Shown here: piece by piece, positions 9,109 to 18,897 of the stretch
How the letters are laid out: every line of letters begins with the position of its first letter
How positions within the stretch are numbered: the first letter of the stretch is position 1
From: a virus
Direction: 5' to 3' (one strand)
Virus record (IMG/VR): IMGVR_UViG_3300032073_005220
Location: 32,001 to 96,000 of that record
DNA: 64,000 bases
Program-made: the position numbers and the translations under genes
Notes under the pieces: model-generated
The model's input: the letters and a program-made list of their open reading frames with translations, nothing else
What the model was told of the DNA's origin: nothing
The model's database searches: none

Positions 9109-10736
9109 CAGTTCTCTCTTCTTTCAGATTTTTTATAATGCTCTGTTCTATTATGCGTAATTGGACTAGCTAATAATATAGCAGAATTTACCTTCTCTTC
9201 TTTGGTCAGAGTATATATATGACTCATCCATGTCTGCTCGTAAGGGTGTTGCCATTTTGTGTCTAAGAACATTTTCTCGTTGCCCTCTCTACTGATTATG
9301 TGGGGCCAATTACAATAGTAGATTTCTCCTTCAGCATATGGTATTCTATTCAGTTGTTTTATACAATTAAACTGAGTAAGCGGCCTTTTATGTGTTTCTC
9401 CAAAATATAAGAATCTTTTATCCTGAGGTACATTATGCCAACTCCATTGTTCGCTATTGTTTCCATAGAATTCACTAAAGCTCATTTTTAAAAAGTCGTA
9501 TTTCTCTTTATCCATTATTTTAACAATAGTTCTAAGCAGATTTTTTACTTCCTTCCTAAACCCAAAATTACAATATCCAGTAAAGTCCAAAAGCATATCA
9601 TCTTCAAAAAACATCATATACTTATCATCAGAATCTCCAAAATCTTCAGCAGCAAACTGTCTTGATCCACAAATACCCATATTGCCTTTTTTCACCTGTT
9701 GAAAACCATAGGTATTACATATATTGTTGTAGTCCAAGTCGTATTCCGGTTTGGTGCTATTATTTATTAGTATTTTTTGCGTTTTGTTTAAAAAGTCTGA
9801 ATCTTTTTCTTCAAAAGATTTTATTACAGAATTAAGCTGTTTAGGTGAATTATAAGTGTTTATATAAAGTCTAACAGTGCTGGGTACATTACTGTTCATT
9901 ATTACTGGTTTTTTATGGTTCTTTATATCTTCAAAAAACTTAAAAACTAAGCCGTCTCCATTTATGTCGAATAATTGTATATCCTTATTTAACTTGGCTA
10001 TTATAGAGAATATACTTTCTTCCGTGCCCATATAACCATTATTAAGAGTGTCATTTAATAGTTGATAGTATTCTCCGTTAATACTTGATATGCTACTTTT
10101 ACTTCCTCCAAAAAAACCTCCCCTACATACATGTTCGACCTCTGTTCCGCATATTCTATTCATCTCTTTAATATCAAACCCATGAATCTCTGAATTTGTT
10201 TTATAAGGATATCTTATAAACATAAAAGAATCTACCATATCTTCTAGCTTATCAAGAACTTTATCATGACTAAAATAGCCAGGATGTACTGTGTTGTTTA
10301 TGCCAGCATCAATCCAATAGAAGAAATCAGAGTCAAATATATTCATTATGCTTGCATTATGCAGAAAAAACATCTTGCTCATTACTACAGGATTGTACAT
10401 TTGCAGCATAGCTTGCGTACTTCCCGATAGCCAGCCAACTTGATTAAGCCATTCCTTGCTGTTTCTTATTCTTTCTATCTGCTTACAGAAAGGAAAGAAG
10501 TCTGAACAAAAATCTTCCACTTCATGCTTTATCCAAAAAATCTTATCTTTTCTTATGTTTTTTATCTCTTCTTTTATAGATTCAGATGAAAATACAATTA
10601 TGTTTGTATCTTTAGTTGATTCTAATAATTTAGATAAATTTTCTAGATATGTAGAAAAACTCCTAGACCAATCCTTATCTAGACTAGACCTGCCCAGATC
10701 CCATAGTCCAGTAACTAGGGTTGTTTTAGATGACAT
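9108..10736 (-). CDS. HtrL-family domain fused to a GT-A-like domain
   Basis: N-half TLVTGLWD, MSKMFFL, YWIDAG, RGGFFGG, GTEESIF; C-half GICGSRQ, FFEDD. Confidence 0.7.
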   Translation of the reverse strand: MSSKTTLVTGLWDLGRSSLDKDWSRSFSTYLENLSKLLESTKDTNIIVFSSESIKEEIKNIRKDKIFWIKHEVEDFCSDFFPFCKQIERIRNSKEWLNQVGWLSGSTQAMLQMYNPVVMSKMFFLHNASIMNIFDSDFFYWIDAGINNTVHPGYFSHDKVLDKLEDMVDSFMFIRYPYKTNSEIHGFDIKEMNRICGTEVEHVCRGGFFGGSKSSISSINGEYYQLLNDTLNNGYMGTEESIFSIIAKLNKDIQLFDINGDGLVFKFFEDIKNHKKPVIMNSNVPSTVRLYINTYNSPKQLNSVIKSFEEKDSDFLNKTQKILINNSTKPEYDLDYNNICNTYGFQQVKKGNMGICGSRQFAAEDFGDSDDKYMMFFEDDMLLDFTGYCNFGFRKEVKNLLRTIVKIMDKEKYDFLKMSFSEFYGNNSEQWSWHNVPQDKRFLYFGETHKRPLTQFNCIKQLNRIPYAEGEIYYCNWPHIISREGNEKMFLDTKWQHPYEQTWMSHIYTLTKEEKVNSAILLASPITHNRTEHYKKSERREN

Positions 10737-10783
10737 ATAAGTACGTACTTAGTTAAAGGTATTAATGCTCCGGCTCTGCATAA

Positions 10784-10874
10784 ATATTAATGTAAAATCA
10801 CGGTCAGTCAAGTATGAAAATTATCATGCGTTTTTTTATATTCGTCTTGACTTTGGGTTTTTAATAAATACTAT
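10784..10874. promoter_or_regulatory. Divergent sigma70-type promoter pair
   Basis: Minus strand TTGACT(10806-11)-16-TAATAT; plus strand TTGACT(10847-52)-16-TACTAT, at the strand switch. Confidence 0.55.
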
Positions 10875-10921
10875 AAAAATAGTTATTTTGTTTTTACTAA
10901 AAGACTTAAAGAAACAGAAAA

Positions 10922-11104
10922 ATGGAAAAAGAAGACAAGAAAAGCATGAGGAAAGCAAAAATAGACAAAAAAAGGAAGGACAAATATCCAACCTCAGACG
11001 GCATGGAACATAAGGCCAAAGTACAGAGTAAGAGAAATAGGCAAGTAGAAGATGATGAGTGGGAAGAATGGGAAGATTGGAATAGGTTTTATAATCACAA
11101 ATGA
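10922..11104 (+). CDS. Small charged hypothetical protein
   Basis: ORF after promoter; ATGA coupling to next gene. Confidence 0.6.
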   Translation: MEKEDKKSMRKAKIDKKRKDKYPTSDGMEHKAKVQSKRNRQVEDDEWEEWEDWNRFYNHK

Positions 11105-11343
11105 AATATATAGAAGAAATAGAACCTGGACAATCATTTGTATATCAAGAGGATAATTTCTTGATGACTTCCGATTTCAAGAAAAGTGGAGACAGGCTTT
11201 CAATAAGCCTTACGAACGGGGTTAGTAGATGGATGGGTGCTTCTGAGACAGTAGATTTGGTAGTTTTATATACAATAGATGAAGAGAGTAATTTAAAACA
11301 TATCAGAAAAGAAGACGCTAATGATCCTAATAAGAATATCTAA
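11101..11343 (+). CDS. Hypothetical protein
   Basis: ORF in coupled operon. Confidence 0.6.
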   Translation: MKYIEEIEPGQSFVYQEDNFLMTSDFKKSGDRLSISLTNGVSRWMGASETVDLVVLYTIDEESNLKHIRKEDANDPNKNI

Positions 11344-11572
11344 TTTCATTAAATCATTATCTTTTCATGTTTGGGCAGGATTTCCTAAATGTAATCAAGA
11401 ACAAATTTCCAATAGACTTAACATATGCCTTAGTTGCGAAGACTTTAGTAAAGAATATTCTATGTGTAATATTTGTGGATGTAATATTACAGATAAGAAA
11501 GAATTTTTTAATAAATTAGCATGGGCTGATCAAGAATGCCCTGTAGGTAAATGGAAAAAAGAAATAAAATAA
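11321..11572 (+). CDS. Small Cys-rich protein (DUF6171-like)
   Basis: R..IC..C...C..CGC....K......CP.GKW pattern. Confidence 0.65.
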   Translation: MILIRISNFIKSLSFHVWAGFPKCNQEQISNRLNICLSCEDFSKEYSMCNICGCNITDKKEFFNKLAWADQECPVGKWKKEIK

Positions 11573-11573
11573 T

Positions 11574-12113
11574 ATGAAAACAAAACAACAAGCCAATAAA
11601 AGAAAAAACTATGTATATAATAGTAAACATAATTTATTCAGTATTGCTCGCCAGCAAATAGAATGTGACGCTAATGGGTGTCATGTTATTATAATTAATA
11701 TATGCAATTCTCAACATATTCATGTTAACGCTTTTAATAAAAAAATATATAATAATTACCCTTTAGTACTTGCTAACAGAGAAGCCGCAGGAAGAATAAA
11801 CTTAGGTAAATGCCAAACTATATTAGTCGATAAAAATAAAGAATATGACCACAAGCTTTACGTTACAAATCTATATGCTTGCTCTGGGAAGAAGACTTCT
11901 AATAATAGAACAATCAACTATTATGCTTTAGCTCTTAGCCTACATCACTTAGCTAATTTTATCAGATCTGAAATACACAATTCTGAAAATAAGACTTTTA
12001 GGGTATTTATAGATAAAAAATGCCTAGCTTTTACTGGTTGCAACTGGTCGTTTGTAGATGACTTGTTAGACGATATCATGCCAGATATCGAGGTAGAGGT
12101 ATATGATCAATAA
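11574..12113 (+). CDS. Degenerate macro (ADP-ribose-binding) domain protein
   Basis: IINICN, YP.V, LG..Q, VTNLYA, INYYAL, NWSFV scaffold; glycine loops absent. Confidence 0.55.
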   Translation: MKTKQQANKRKNYVYNSKHNLFSIARQQIECDANGCHVIIINICNSQHIHVNAFNKKIYNNYPLVLANREAAGRINLGKCQTILVDKNKEYDHKLYVTNLYACSGKKTSNNRTINYYALALSLHHLANFIRSEIHNSENKTFRVFIDKKCLAFTGCNWSFVDDLLDDIMPDIEVEVYDQ

Positions 12114-12993
12114 CAATATTGAATATCTCAAACAACATCCTTATGTAAGTGATGATATCAGCATAGATATCAACGAAGGGCCCTTTCCCCATATCGTCAT
12201 AAATAATCTCTTAAAAGATGAGATATACGAAATGGTATCTAGTAACTTCATGGACATGATAGGAAGAACAAAACCTTACAAAGATCTTCCAGGAGCAGTG
12301 CATGATTATGCTGCTTATATATACGGTCTAAAAAAAGAAGACTGTAAATATGGTTATGATTTTTTTGTAGATGATATTTGGAAAAATTTTAATATGATGA
12401 CATTTGGCATACTTGTAAATAAATATATAGCAATGAGCGTCCATTGGCACGAAGCTCCTGCAAAAGCTGGATTTATACATAACGACTATAATGTATGTTC
12501 TGTTATTGACGAAGGACCAACCGACTTTACTTTAACTGGTAACTGCTATTATTCTGATGATACGGCCCACAGAACTCCTCAGGCTCAAAAAATATCCAGA
12601 AGCATAGCTATCCTATATTATTTAAATAATGAACCCACAAAAAAAAATGATGGAGGCACTGGTATATATACAAATTATAAATTCCACAGCAAAGTAAAAG
12701 ATATCCCGGCTAAGAACAATTCCATATTTGTTTTTGCAGTGCAACCAAATTCTTATCACGGATTTTCTGGCGCAAATTTTAACAGATCAGCTATGGTACA
12801 ATGGTTTCATTCTAGTCCTGCCTACATGGTTAGTAAATATAAATCTTTAATGAAACAAAGACAAGATACCTATGGTTGTGGTTTTGAGCGTTGGCAACCA
12901 AACGAAATGATGTGGGACATCAGAAACGATCCTGAATATAAAAAATATTTTCCAAATCAAAATTTAACATTAGAACAATTATTAAACTCATGA
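12103..12993 (+). CDS. 2OG-Fe(II) oxygenase
   Basis: PFPHIVINN, HxD (IHND), ILYYLN, GGT, SYHG, distal R. Confidence 0.8.
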   Translation: MINNNIEYLKQHPYVSDDISIDINEGPFPHIVINNLLKDEIYEMVSSNFMDMIGRTKPYKDLPGAVHDYAAYIYGLKKEDCKYGYDFFVDDIWKNFNMMTFGILVNKYIAMSVHWHEAPAKAGFIHNDYNVCSVIDEGPTDFTLTGNCYYSDDTAHRTPQAQKISRSIAILYYLNNEPTKKNDGGTGIYTNYKFHSKVKDIPAKNNSIFVFAVQPNSYHGFSGANFNRSAMVQWFHSSPAYMVSKYKSLMKQRQDTYGCGFERWQPNEMMWDIRNDPEYKKYFPNQNLTLEQLLNS

Positions 12994-13850
12994 ATAGACA
13001 GATACTGTTTCTTGCTGATGAATTTGCTTCAGACTCAACAGGAGGTGCTGAACTGACAACTGAAGCAGTTATTAATGACAGTCCTTCAGATGTTGACATG
13101 ATTATGGTTCGAACATCAGAGCTAAATATAGATATAATTAATAAATTCAAAGACAACAAATGGATTATAGGTAATTTTTTTGGTCTCAATCCAGATCATA
13201 TGATACATTTGATGTCTAAGAAAATAGATTATTCTATCATTGAATATGATTATAAATATTGCGTTATGCGTATTCCTAAATTACACAAAAAACTACACGG
13301 AGAATGTTGTGAAGAAAGCGTAAGAGGACAACTTATATCTTTATTTATGTCTCTTTCTCAAAGTCTGTGGTATATGTCTAGTGGGCAAAAAAACTGGTAC
13401 GAGCAACAGTTCCCTGCTCTTAAAAAAGCTAATAGTTATGTACTAGGCTCTCTGTTAGAACAAAAAACTATTGATTATATCAATACTCTGGACTGTTTAA
13501 ATAAAAACGATACATATATGATACAAGACCATCCTCACATATTGAAAGGAACAAAAGCAGGTATAGAATTAGCTCAAATTAAAAATTTAAAATATGAATT
13601 GTTTGGGTCTATGAAATCAGAACCTCACCACGAGGTTTTACAAAAATTTGCAAAAGCTAAAGGGTTAATATTTGTTCCTACAGAATTCGATACTTGTCCA
13701 AGAATCACAATAGAAGCGAAGCTATTAGGTTGCGACTTGATACTCGGAGAAAATGTCCAGCATAAAGACGAAGAGTGGTTTAATAAAAATAATACGGACA
13801 TTGTCAATCATATGAAAAATAGAAGTAAGTTTTTCTGGGAGAGAATTTAA
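12990..13850 (+). CDS. GT-B (GT4-like) glycosyltransferase
   Basis: GGAELT, KGT, DTCPRITIEAKLLGC. Confidence 0.7.
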   Translation: MNRQILFLADEFASDSTGGAELTTEAVINDSPSDVDMIMVRTSELNIDIINKFKDNKWIIGNFFGLNPDHMIHLMSKKIDYSIIEYDYKYCVMRIPKLHKKLHGECCEESVRGQLISLFMSLSQSLWYMSSGQKNWYEQQFPALKKANSYVLGSLLEQKTIDYINTLDCLNKNDTYMIQDHPHILKGTKAGIELAQIKNLKYELFGSMKSEPHHEVLQKFAKAKGLIFVPTEFDTCPRITIEAKLLGCDLILGENVQHKDEEWFNKNNTDIVNHMKNRSKFFWERI

Positions 13851-14266
13851 TGATACATATATATTCCAAAGTAGAACCAAATACTTTATTACATATTATT
13901 AATAATGGAGATCCTGCAGAAAATAGAGTGGATATTATTCCTGAGAATAATTTTCTACAGTGCTCATGTTTAAAACACGATAAAGGCAAAACTTTTGTGC
14001 CTCACTATCATATCAAAAAAGAAAGACACTACAAGGAACAAATAGCCCAGGAATCTTGGATAGTAATTAGGGGTAGAGTTAAATGTATCTTGTATGATTT
14101 GGATAATACGATTATTGCAGAACATATACTAGAAGAAGGGCATGCTAGTTTTACTTTAGCTGGCGGACACAATTATGAATTTCTAGAAGACAATAGTCTT
14201 GTTTATGAATATAAAACAGGACCATACGAAGGACAAGAACTAGACAAGAGGTTCATTAATGATTAA
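13850..14266 (+). CDS. Cupin, WbuC-like
   Basis: PHYH, QE....RG, GGHNYE, EYKTGPY. Confidence 0.7.
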   Translation: MIHIYSKVEPNTLLHIINNGDPAENRVDIIPENNFLQCSCLKHDKGKTFVPHYHIKKERHYKEQIAQESWIVIRGRVKCILYDLDNTIIAEHILEEGHASFTLAGGHNYEFLEDNSLVYEYKTGPYEGQELDKRFIND

Positions 14267-14336
14267 AATAAATATGAGATGTGTTTGGATTTATATTAAT
14301 TCTGGAGATTATGATTGCTGGGAGCGCATTAAATGA
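14259..14336 (+). pseudogene. 25-codon mini-ORF, probable collapsed methyltransferase remnant
   Basis: MIKINMRCVWIYINSGDYDCWERIK*; overlaps both neighbours (ATGATTAA and ATGA). Confidence 0.45.
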
Positions 14337-14923
14337 TCGACAACTCTGTAAAAATATTTGAACAAAAAATTGCAGACTTTTATGGTTGTCCATATGCTAT
14401 AGCTGTTGATTGTTGTACTCATGGAATAGAATTGTGTTTGAGATATACAAACACTTTACATTACACTACCCCCAAAAGAACATATGTTTCTATTCCCATG
14501 CTTGCCAATAAATTAGGTATAGATTTTACTTGGGAAGAATTGGCTTGGGAAGACTATTACTTTTTAGGGAATACCAATATCATAGACGCCGCAGTAAATT
14601 GGAAAGCTAATAGTTATATATCTAATACATTTATGTGCTTAAGTTTTCAATTTCAAAAACATTTGAGCTTGGGTAGAGGAGGTATGATATTAACAGATAA
14701 TATAAAGGCTTGCACAGCTCTTAAAAAAATGTCGTACGACGGAAGACTACCCGACATTCCTTGGAGAGAACAAAATATTGACAGTATGGGATATCATTAC
14801 TACATGACACCAGAAACAGCTAAGCTAGGACTAGAAAAACTGCCTGAAGCCATAGAGAGAAAACCTAAAAAATGGACATTAGAGGAGTGGCCTGATTTAA
14901 CTCAAATGGAGATTTTCAAGTGA
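14333..14923 (+). CDS. Short DegT/DnrJ/EryC1/StrS PLP aminotransferase
   Basis: FEQKIA, AVDCCTHG, IIDAA, SFQFQKHL..GRGG (PLP lysine). Confidence 0.8.
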   Translation: MIDNSVKIFEQKIADFYGCPYAIAVDCCTHGIELCLRYTNTLHYTTPKRTYVSIPMLANKLGIDFTWEELAWEDYYFLGNTNIIDAAVNWKANSYISNTFMCLSFQFQKHLSLGRGGMILTDNIKACTALKKMSYDGRLPDIPWREQNIDSMGYHYYMTPETAKLGLEKLPEAIERKPKKWTLEEWPDLTQMEIFK

Positions 14924-15891
14924 AAAAAGCACTAATAACCGGCATCAATGGTCAAGACGGAAGCTATTTAACAGAATATCTTTTGTCTTTAGGCTATGAA
15001 GTTCATGGAATAGTAAGAAGACATTCTGTTGCAGAAAATCAAAATTATAGATTACTTAAACACGATATCGACAACAGTATCCATACACACTATGGAGATT
15101 TGACCGATTATTCGTCATTGGTAAGAATTACTTCCGAAGTCTCTCCTGATGAAATATATAATTTAGCAGCGATGAGCCATGTAAGGATTAGCTTTGATGT
15201 CCCTTCGTATACTATTCAGTCTAATGCTCTAGGCGTTTTAAATATGCTTGAAATTTATAAAACACTATGTCCAGCAGCTAAATTTTATCAAGCCTCATCA
15301 TCTGAAATGTTTGGTAATTCTGTAGACGATGATGGGATACAAAGACTTACAACCTCTATGAATCCTGTTAGTCCCTATGGGTGTTCTAAAGTGCTTGGGT
15401 ATAATTTAGTTAGACATTATAGACACGCTTATGGACTACATGCATGTAATGGTATTTTATTTAATCACGAATCTCCCAGAAGAGGCTCTAACTTTGTTAC
15501 CAACAAAGTAATAAAAACCGCAGTTGAAATTAAAAAAGGACTAGCAACGCAGCTAGAATTAGGGAATATGGATTCTTCTAGAGATTGGGGTCATTCCAAA
15601 GACTATGTTAGAGCTATGCATATGATATTAAATCACGATAAGCCTGATGATTTTATCGTATCTACAGGAGAAACTCATTCTGTGCGAGAATTATGCGATA
15701 TAGTTTTCTCTAAATTAGACATGAACTACAAGGATTTTGTGATACAAAACCCTAAATACATGAGACCAGAAGAATTAAAATATCTTAAAGGAGATCCCAC
15801 AAAAGCTAGAACTGTTTTAAAATGGGAACCAGAATATACTTTTGATAGCATGATAGATGAGATGATAGAAAGATGGGAGAAAGAACTATGA
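14920..15891 (+). CDS. gmd: GDP-mannose 4,6-dehydratase
   Basis: ALITGINGQDGSYL, SHVRISF, YQASSSEMFG, SPYGCSK, LFNHESPRRG. Confidence 0.96.
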   Translation: MKKALITGINGQDGSYLTEYLLSLGYEVHGIVRRHSVAENQNYRLLKHDIDNSIHTHYGDLTDYSSLVRITSEVSPDEIYNLAAMSHVRISFDVPSYTIQSNALGVLNMLEIYKTLCPAAKFYQASSSEMFGNSVDDDGIQRLTTSMNPVSPYGCSKVLGYNLVRHYRHAYGLHACNGILFNHESPRRGSNFVTNKVIKTAVEIKKGLATQLELGNMDSSRDWGHSKDYVRAMHMILNHDKPDDFIVSTGETHSVRELCDIVFSKLDMNYKDFVIQNPKYMRPEELKYLKGDPTKARTVLKWEPEYTFDSMIDEMIERWEKEL

Positions 15892-16730
15892 ATAAACGGC
15901 TTTGTATCTTACAAATAACGCCAGAAAAACCCAATCCAGTGCATATAAGTTATTTTAAAGACAAGCCTGATTGTGACTTTTTCTTTTTAACACACGATGC
16001 CGAGCATCCAGATGCTTTAAAATTTTGCCCAAACACAGTATGGTCGGAAACAAGAAATATAATTGTTGAATCGGTACCAAAAAAATATGATTATTATGGT
16101 TTTGTAGATTATGATTGGACTATTAATAGCAGGTCTAATTTAAGCCCACGCGACCAAATTTTAGAAGATTTAGACTGGAATCCAGCTGTGCTGACGTACT
16201 ATCCCGGTAAAGGTCTATCCACCCCATATGCAACTGATACCGAATACTTAAATAGTAGAGAAAGATCTTGCATACCTTTTACTCATGCTAGCTTTAAAAT
16301 GATACATCACAGTTTGTTAAACTGGTTTTTTCCTATGCATACAAAATATCGAGTAGATATAGACGGCTGCCATATGTTTAATATACAAGAAATTCCTTTT
16401 TTAAAAAATGTTATCTGTAGTCATAAAATGACTTATGACAACGATGTTTCTGTTGCAGGAGCATACAATAAGAACCCAGCCTTTGCCAAGCAGGGAATGG
16501 ACCAAATGTGGAAAGACATATCTACATCATATAAACACATGGATGCATTAAGGTCAGCTAATTACGACTTAAACGACTCTTTGAGTATTAAATATTTTTA
16601 TGTTAACCTTTTTAAGCAATTAAATATATCTCCGGAAAAAAGTCCAGGTGATGTGAATTATTTAGATGTTGCTAGAATATCTCAACATTTTGACATCGAG
16701 CATCCGTGGATCGCTTCTCACATAAGATAA
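15888..16730 (+). CDS. Hypothetical protein, possibly GT-A fold
   Basis: WSETRN and YYGFVDYD (DxD); ATGA-coupled start. Confidence 0.5.
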   Translation: MNKRLCILQITPEKPNPVHISYFKDKPDCDFFFLTHDAEHPDALKFCPNTVWSETRNIIVESVPKKYDYYGFVDYDWTINSRSNLSPRDQILEDLDWNPAVLTYYPGKGLSTPYATDTEYLNSRERSCIPFTHASFKMIHHSLLNWFFPMHTKYRVDIDGCHMFNIQEIPFLKNVICSHKMTYDNDVSVAGAYNKNPAFAKQGMDQMWKDISTSYKHMDALRSANYDLNDSLSIKYFYVNLFKQLNISPEKSPGDVNYLDVARISQHFDIEHPWIASHIR

Positions 16731-16746
16731 TAAGAATAGAAAGACT

Positions 16747-17766
16747 ATGAATACAAAACTAAAAAATAAAGATCAGGTAATTAATCTACTTAATAATATA
16801 GCTTTTAACGACTTAAAAACAAACTATAACCCTTGGCTTGCTATTACAGATAATATTAATCAACAAACAGGAAATAGTCTAACTACATCAGAATGTGTTG
16901 ATATATACCAAAAAAATAACAATACTTCTTTATTTATCAAAGCTTCTAACACTAACACAAAGCTTTTATCATATCTTGAAAATAAAACTGTTGCTTTAGT
17001 TGGACCGGCCCCCTATCTTATTGGGCAAAAAAAGGGAGCTATTATTGATCAATACGATATTGTTGTTAGGATTCAACACGGTATACCTAATGAAATTGAT
17101 TATGGCTCTAGGACAGATATAATTCAAAGTTGTTTAAATATAAATTATGGACCTCCATTAGTAAAATACTTACAAACATTATCTGAAGATAAAAAATCTA
17201 AATTTATTATCTGTAACGACACTGCTAGCGAACCAAAAGCTAATGGTCAGTGGGCCTTTGTCGATGAAGTTTATGAAAAACAATTTACAGAATTAGGCAT
17301 ACCCCTAGTTCATTTACACAACTCGGATGGAACTTGGGATAGGTGGGCTTTATACTGGGAGATGTATCCCAAAGCCCATACAGAAAGGTTTCCGAACGGT
17401 CGGACTCAATCTAATTCAGAAAATTTTAATTCTGGATATGGTGCAATAAATATGATATTAAGATATCCAGTAAAAGAACTTGCCGCATTCGGTTTAGACT
17501 TCTATAATACAGGAGTTCCGCAAGATGATAAAGGTAAGTACAACAGTCAATATACTGATACTTATGGAAAATCTGGAACACCATTCGGACCTTGTCACGG
17601 GTTACATGATCAGCTATCTCAAATGATGCATTGTAAGAATGTTTTAATGAGAGATCCTAGATTCGTATTGGATGAAGATGTTAAAAGTAAACTTATGTCC
17701 GAAAATGTTGCTAATAGAATTGCAAATTTTGTAAAATTACCTAAAAAACAAAACGAGACTAGATAA
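16747..17766 (+). CDS. GT29 (sialyltransferase)-like glycosyltransferase
   Basis: VALVGPA.....G..IDQYDIVVRI, DYGSRTDI, NSGYGAI, FGLDFY. Confidence 0.7.
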   Translation: MNTKLKNKDQVINLLNNIAFNDLKTNYNPWLAITDNINQQTGNSLTTSECVDIYQKNNNTSLFIKASNTNTKLLSYLENKTVALVGPAPYLIGQKKGAIIDQYDIVVRIQHGIPNEIDYGSRTDIIQSCLNINYGPPLVKYLQTLSEDKKSKFIICNDTASEPKANGQWAFVDEVYEKQFTELGIPLVHLHNSDGTWDRWALYWEMYPKAHTERFPNGRTQSNSENFNSGYGAINMILRYPVKELAAFGLDFYNTGVPQDDKGKYNSQYTDTYGKSGTPFGPCHGLHDQLSQMMHCKNVLMRDPRFVLDEDVKSKLMSENVANRIANFVKLPKKQNETR

Positions 17767-18191
17767 TGAATCTCAATTCCGATGCAGATTTAAATAATGT
17801 TTTAAAAAAAGATGGCGTGCCAGTGTCAGAGCTTGCTAAATATGAAAATATTGATACGATAAGCCTAGAGCAATTACGAGCAGATTTAGGTCTTGGGTCA
17901 TGGGCTGCTAGAATAGCTTATAACGATTTATTTGGAGGTGTTGTAATACAACAACAGCCGGGAGAAGGAAATAGAAAGCATTTTCATCCTGATGCCGACG
18001 AAAATTGGGTAATATTAGACGGAGAGTGGGAATGGTGGATAGAGGGTGTTGGTACTAAAGTGGTAAGGACTAACGACATTATAGTAGTACCTAAAAATAC
18101 ATGGCATCACATTAAATGCGTAGGAACTAAACCCGGTGTTAGATATGCTATTACAAGACCAGATGTAAATCATGTGTATGAAAATGAGTGA
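17766..18191 (+). CDS. Cupin domain protein
   Basis: PGEG..KHFHPDADE.W.ILDG, VP...WHHI. Confidence 0.8.
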   Translation: MNLNSDADLNNVLKKDGVPVSELAKYENIDTISLEQLRADLGLGSWAARIAYNDLFGGVVIQQQPGEGNRKHFHPDADENWVILDGEWEWWIEGVGTKVVRTNDIIVVPKNTWHHIKCVGTKPGVRYAITRPDVNHVYENE

Positions 18192-18897
18192 TATTAATTT
18201 TGATTTTAAAGATAAAATTGTATTAGTTTTTGGCGGAAGTAAAGGTATTGGCAAAGAAGTTTGTGAGCAATTTTTGCGACACAACGCAAAAGTATATTGC
18301 ATATCTAGAACTAATCCTTTTATCTCAAATGTAAACTTTATACAATGTGATATTTCCAAAGAGTCTGACATATCTAATGTGTTTAGTCGTTTCAATAAAG
18401 TTGATTTTGTGATTAATGTTGCTGGTACTAACTTATGTCAACCAATAGAGAATATAAGCATAGAAGAATGGGATAGACTTATGTCTATAAATTTAAGGTC
18501 TTTCTTTATCATTTGTAAGCAGTCTGTAAAACTAATGAAGCCTTTTAACTACGGTAGAATTGTTAATGTTTCTTCTATTGCGGGTAGAAATAAAAGTATT
18601 GTTAGCGGTGTCCATTATACTGCCAGTAAATATGGTGTTATCGGATTAACAAAACAGTTAGCTAACGAAGTTTCTCAATTTAATATATTAGTTAATTCTG
18701 TTTGTCCTAGTCAAACAATGACACAAATGCTAAAAGAATCAATGTCAAATAAACAAAGAGAAAAATTAGAACAATCAATACCAGTAAAAAAAATAGCTTC
18801 CACAAAAGAGCAGGCTATGCCTATATTGTTTTTATGTTCTAGTGCCGCTTCTTATATAGCTGGCACAACATTAGATGTTAATGGAGGACAGCTATAA
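18184..18897 (+). CDS. Short-chain dehydrogenase/reductase
   Basis: GGSKGIG, NVAG, NVSS, YTASK. Confidence 0.92.
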   Translation: MSDINFDFKDKIVLVFGGSKGIGKEVCEQFLRHNAKVYCISRTNPFISNVNFIQCDISKESDISNVFSRFNKVDFVINVAGTNLCQPIENISIEEWDRLMSINLRSFFIICKQSVKLMKPFNYGRIVNVSSIAGRNKSIVSGVHYTASKYGVIGLTKQLANEVSQFNILVNSVCPSQTMTQMLKESMSNKQREKLEQSIPVKKIASTKEQAMPILFLCSSAASYIAGTTLDVNGGQL

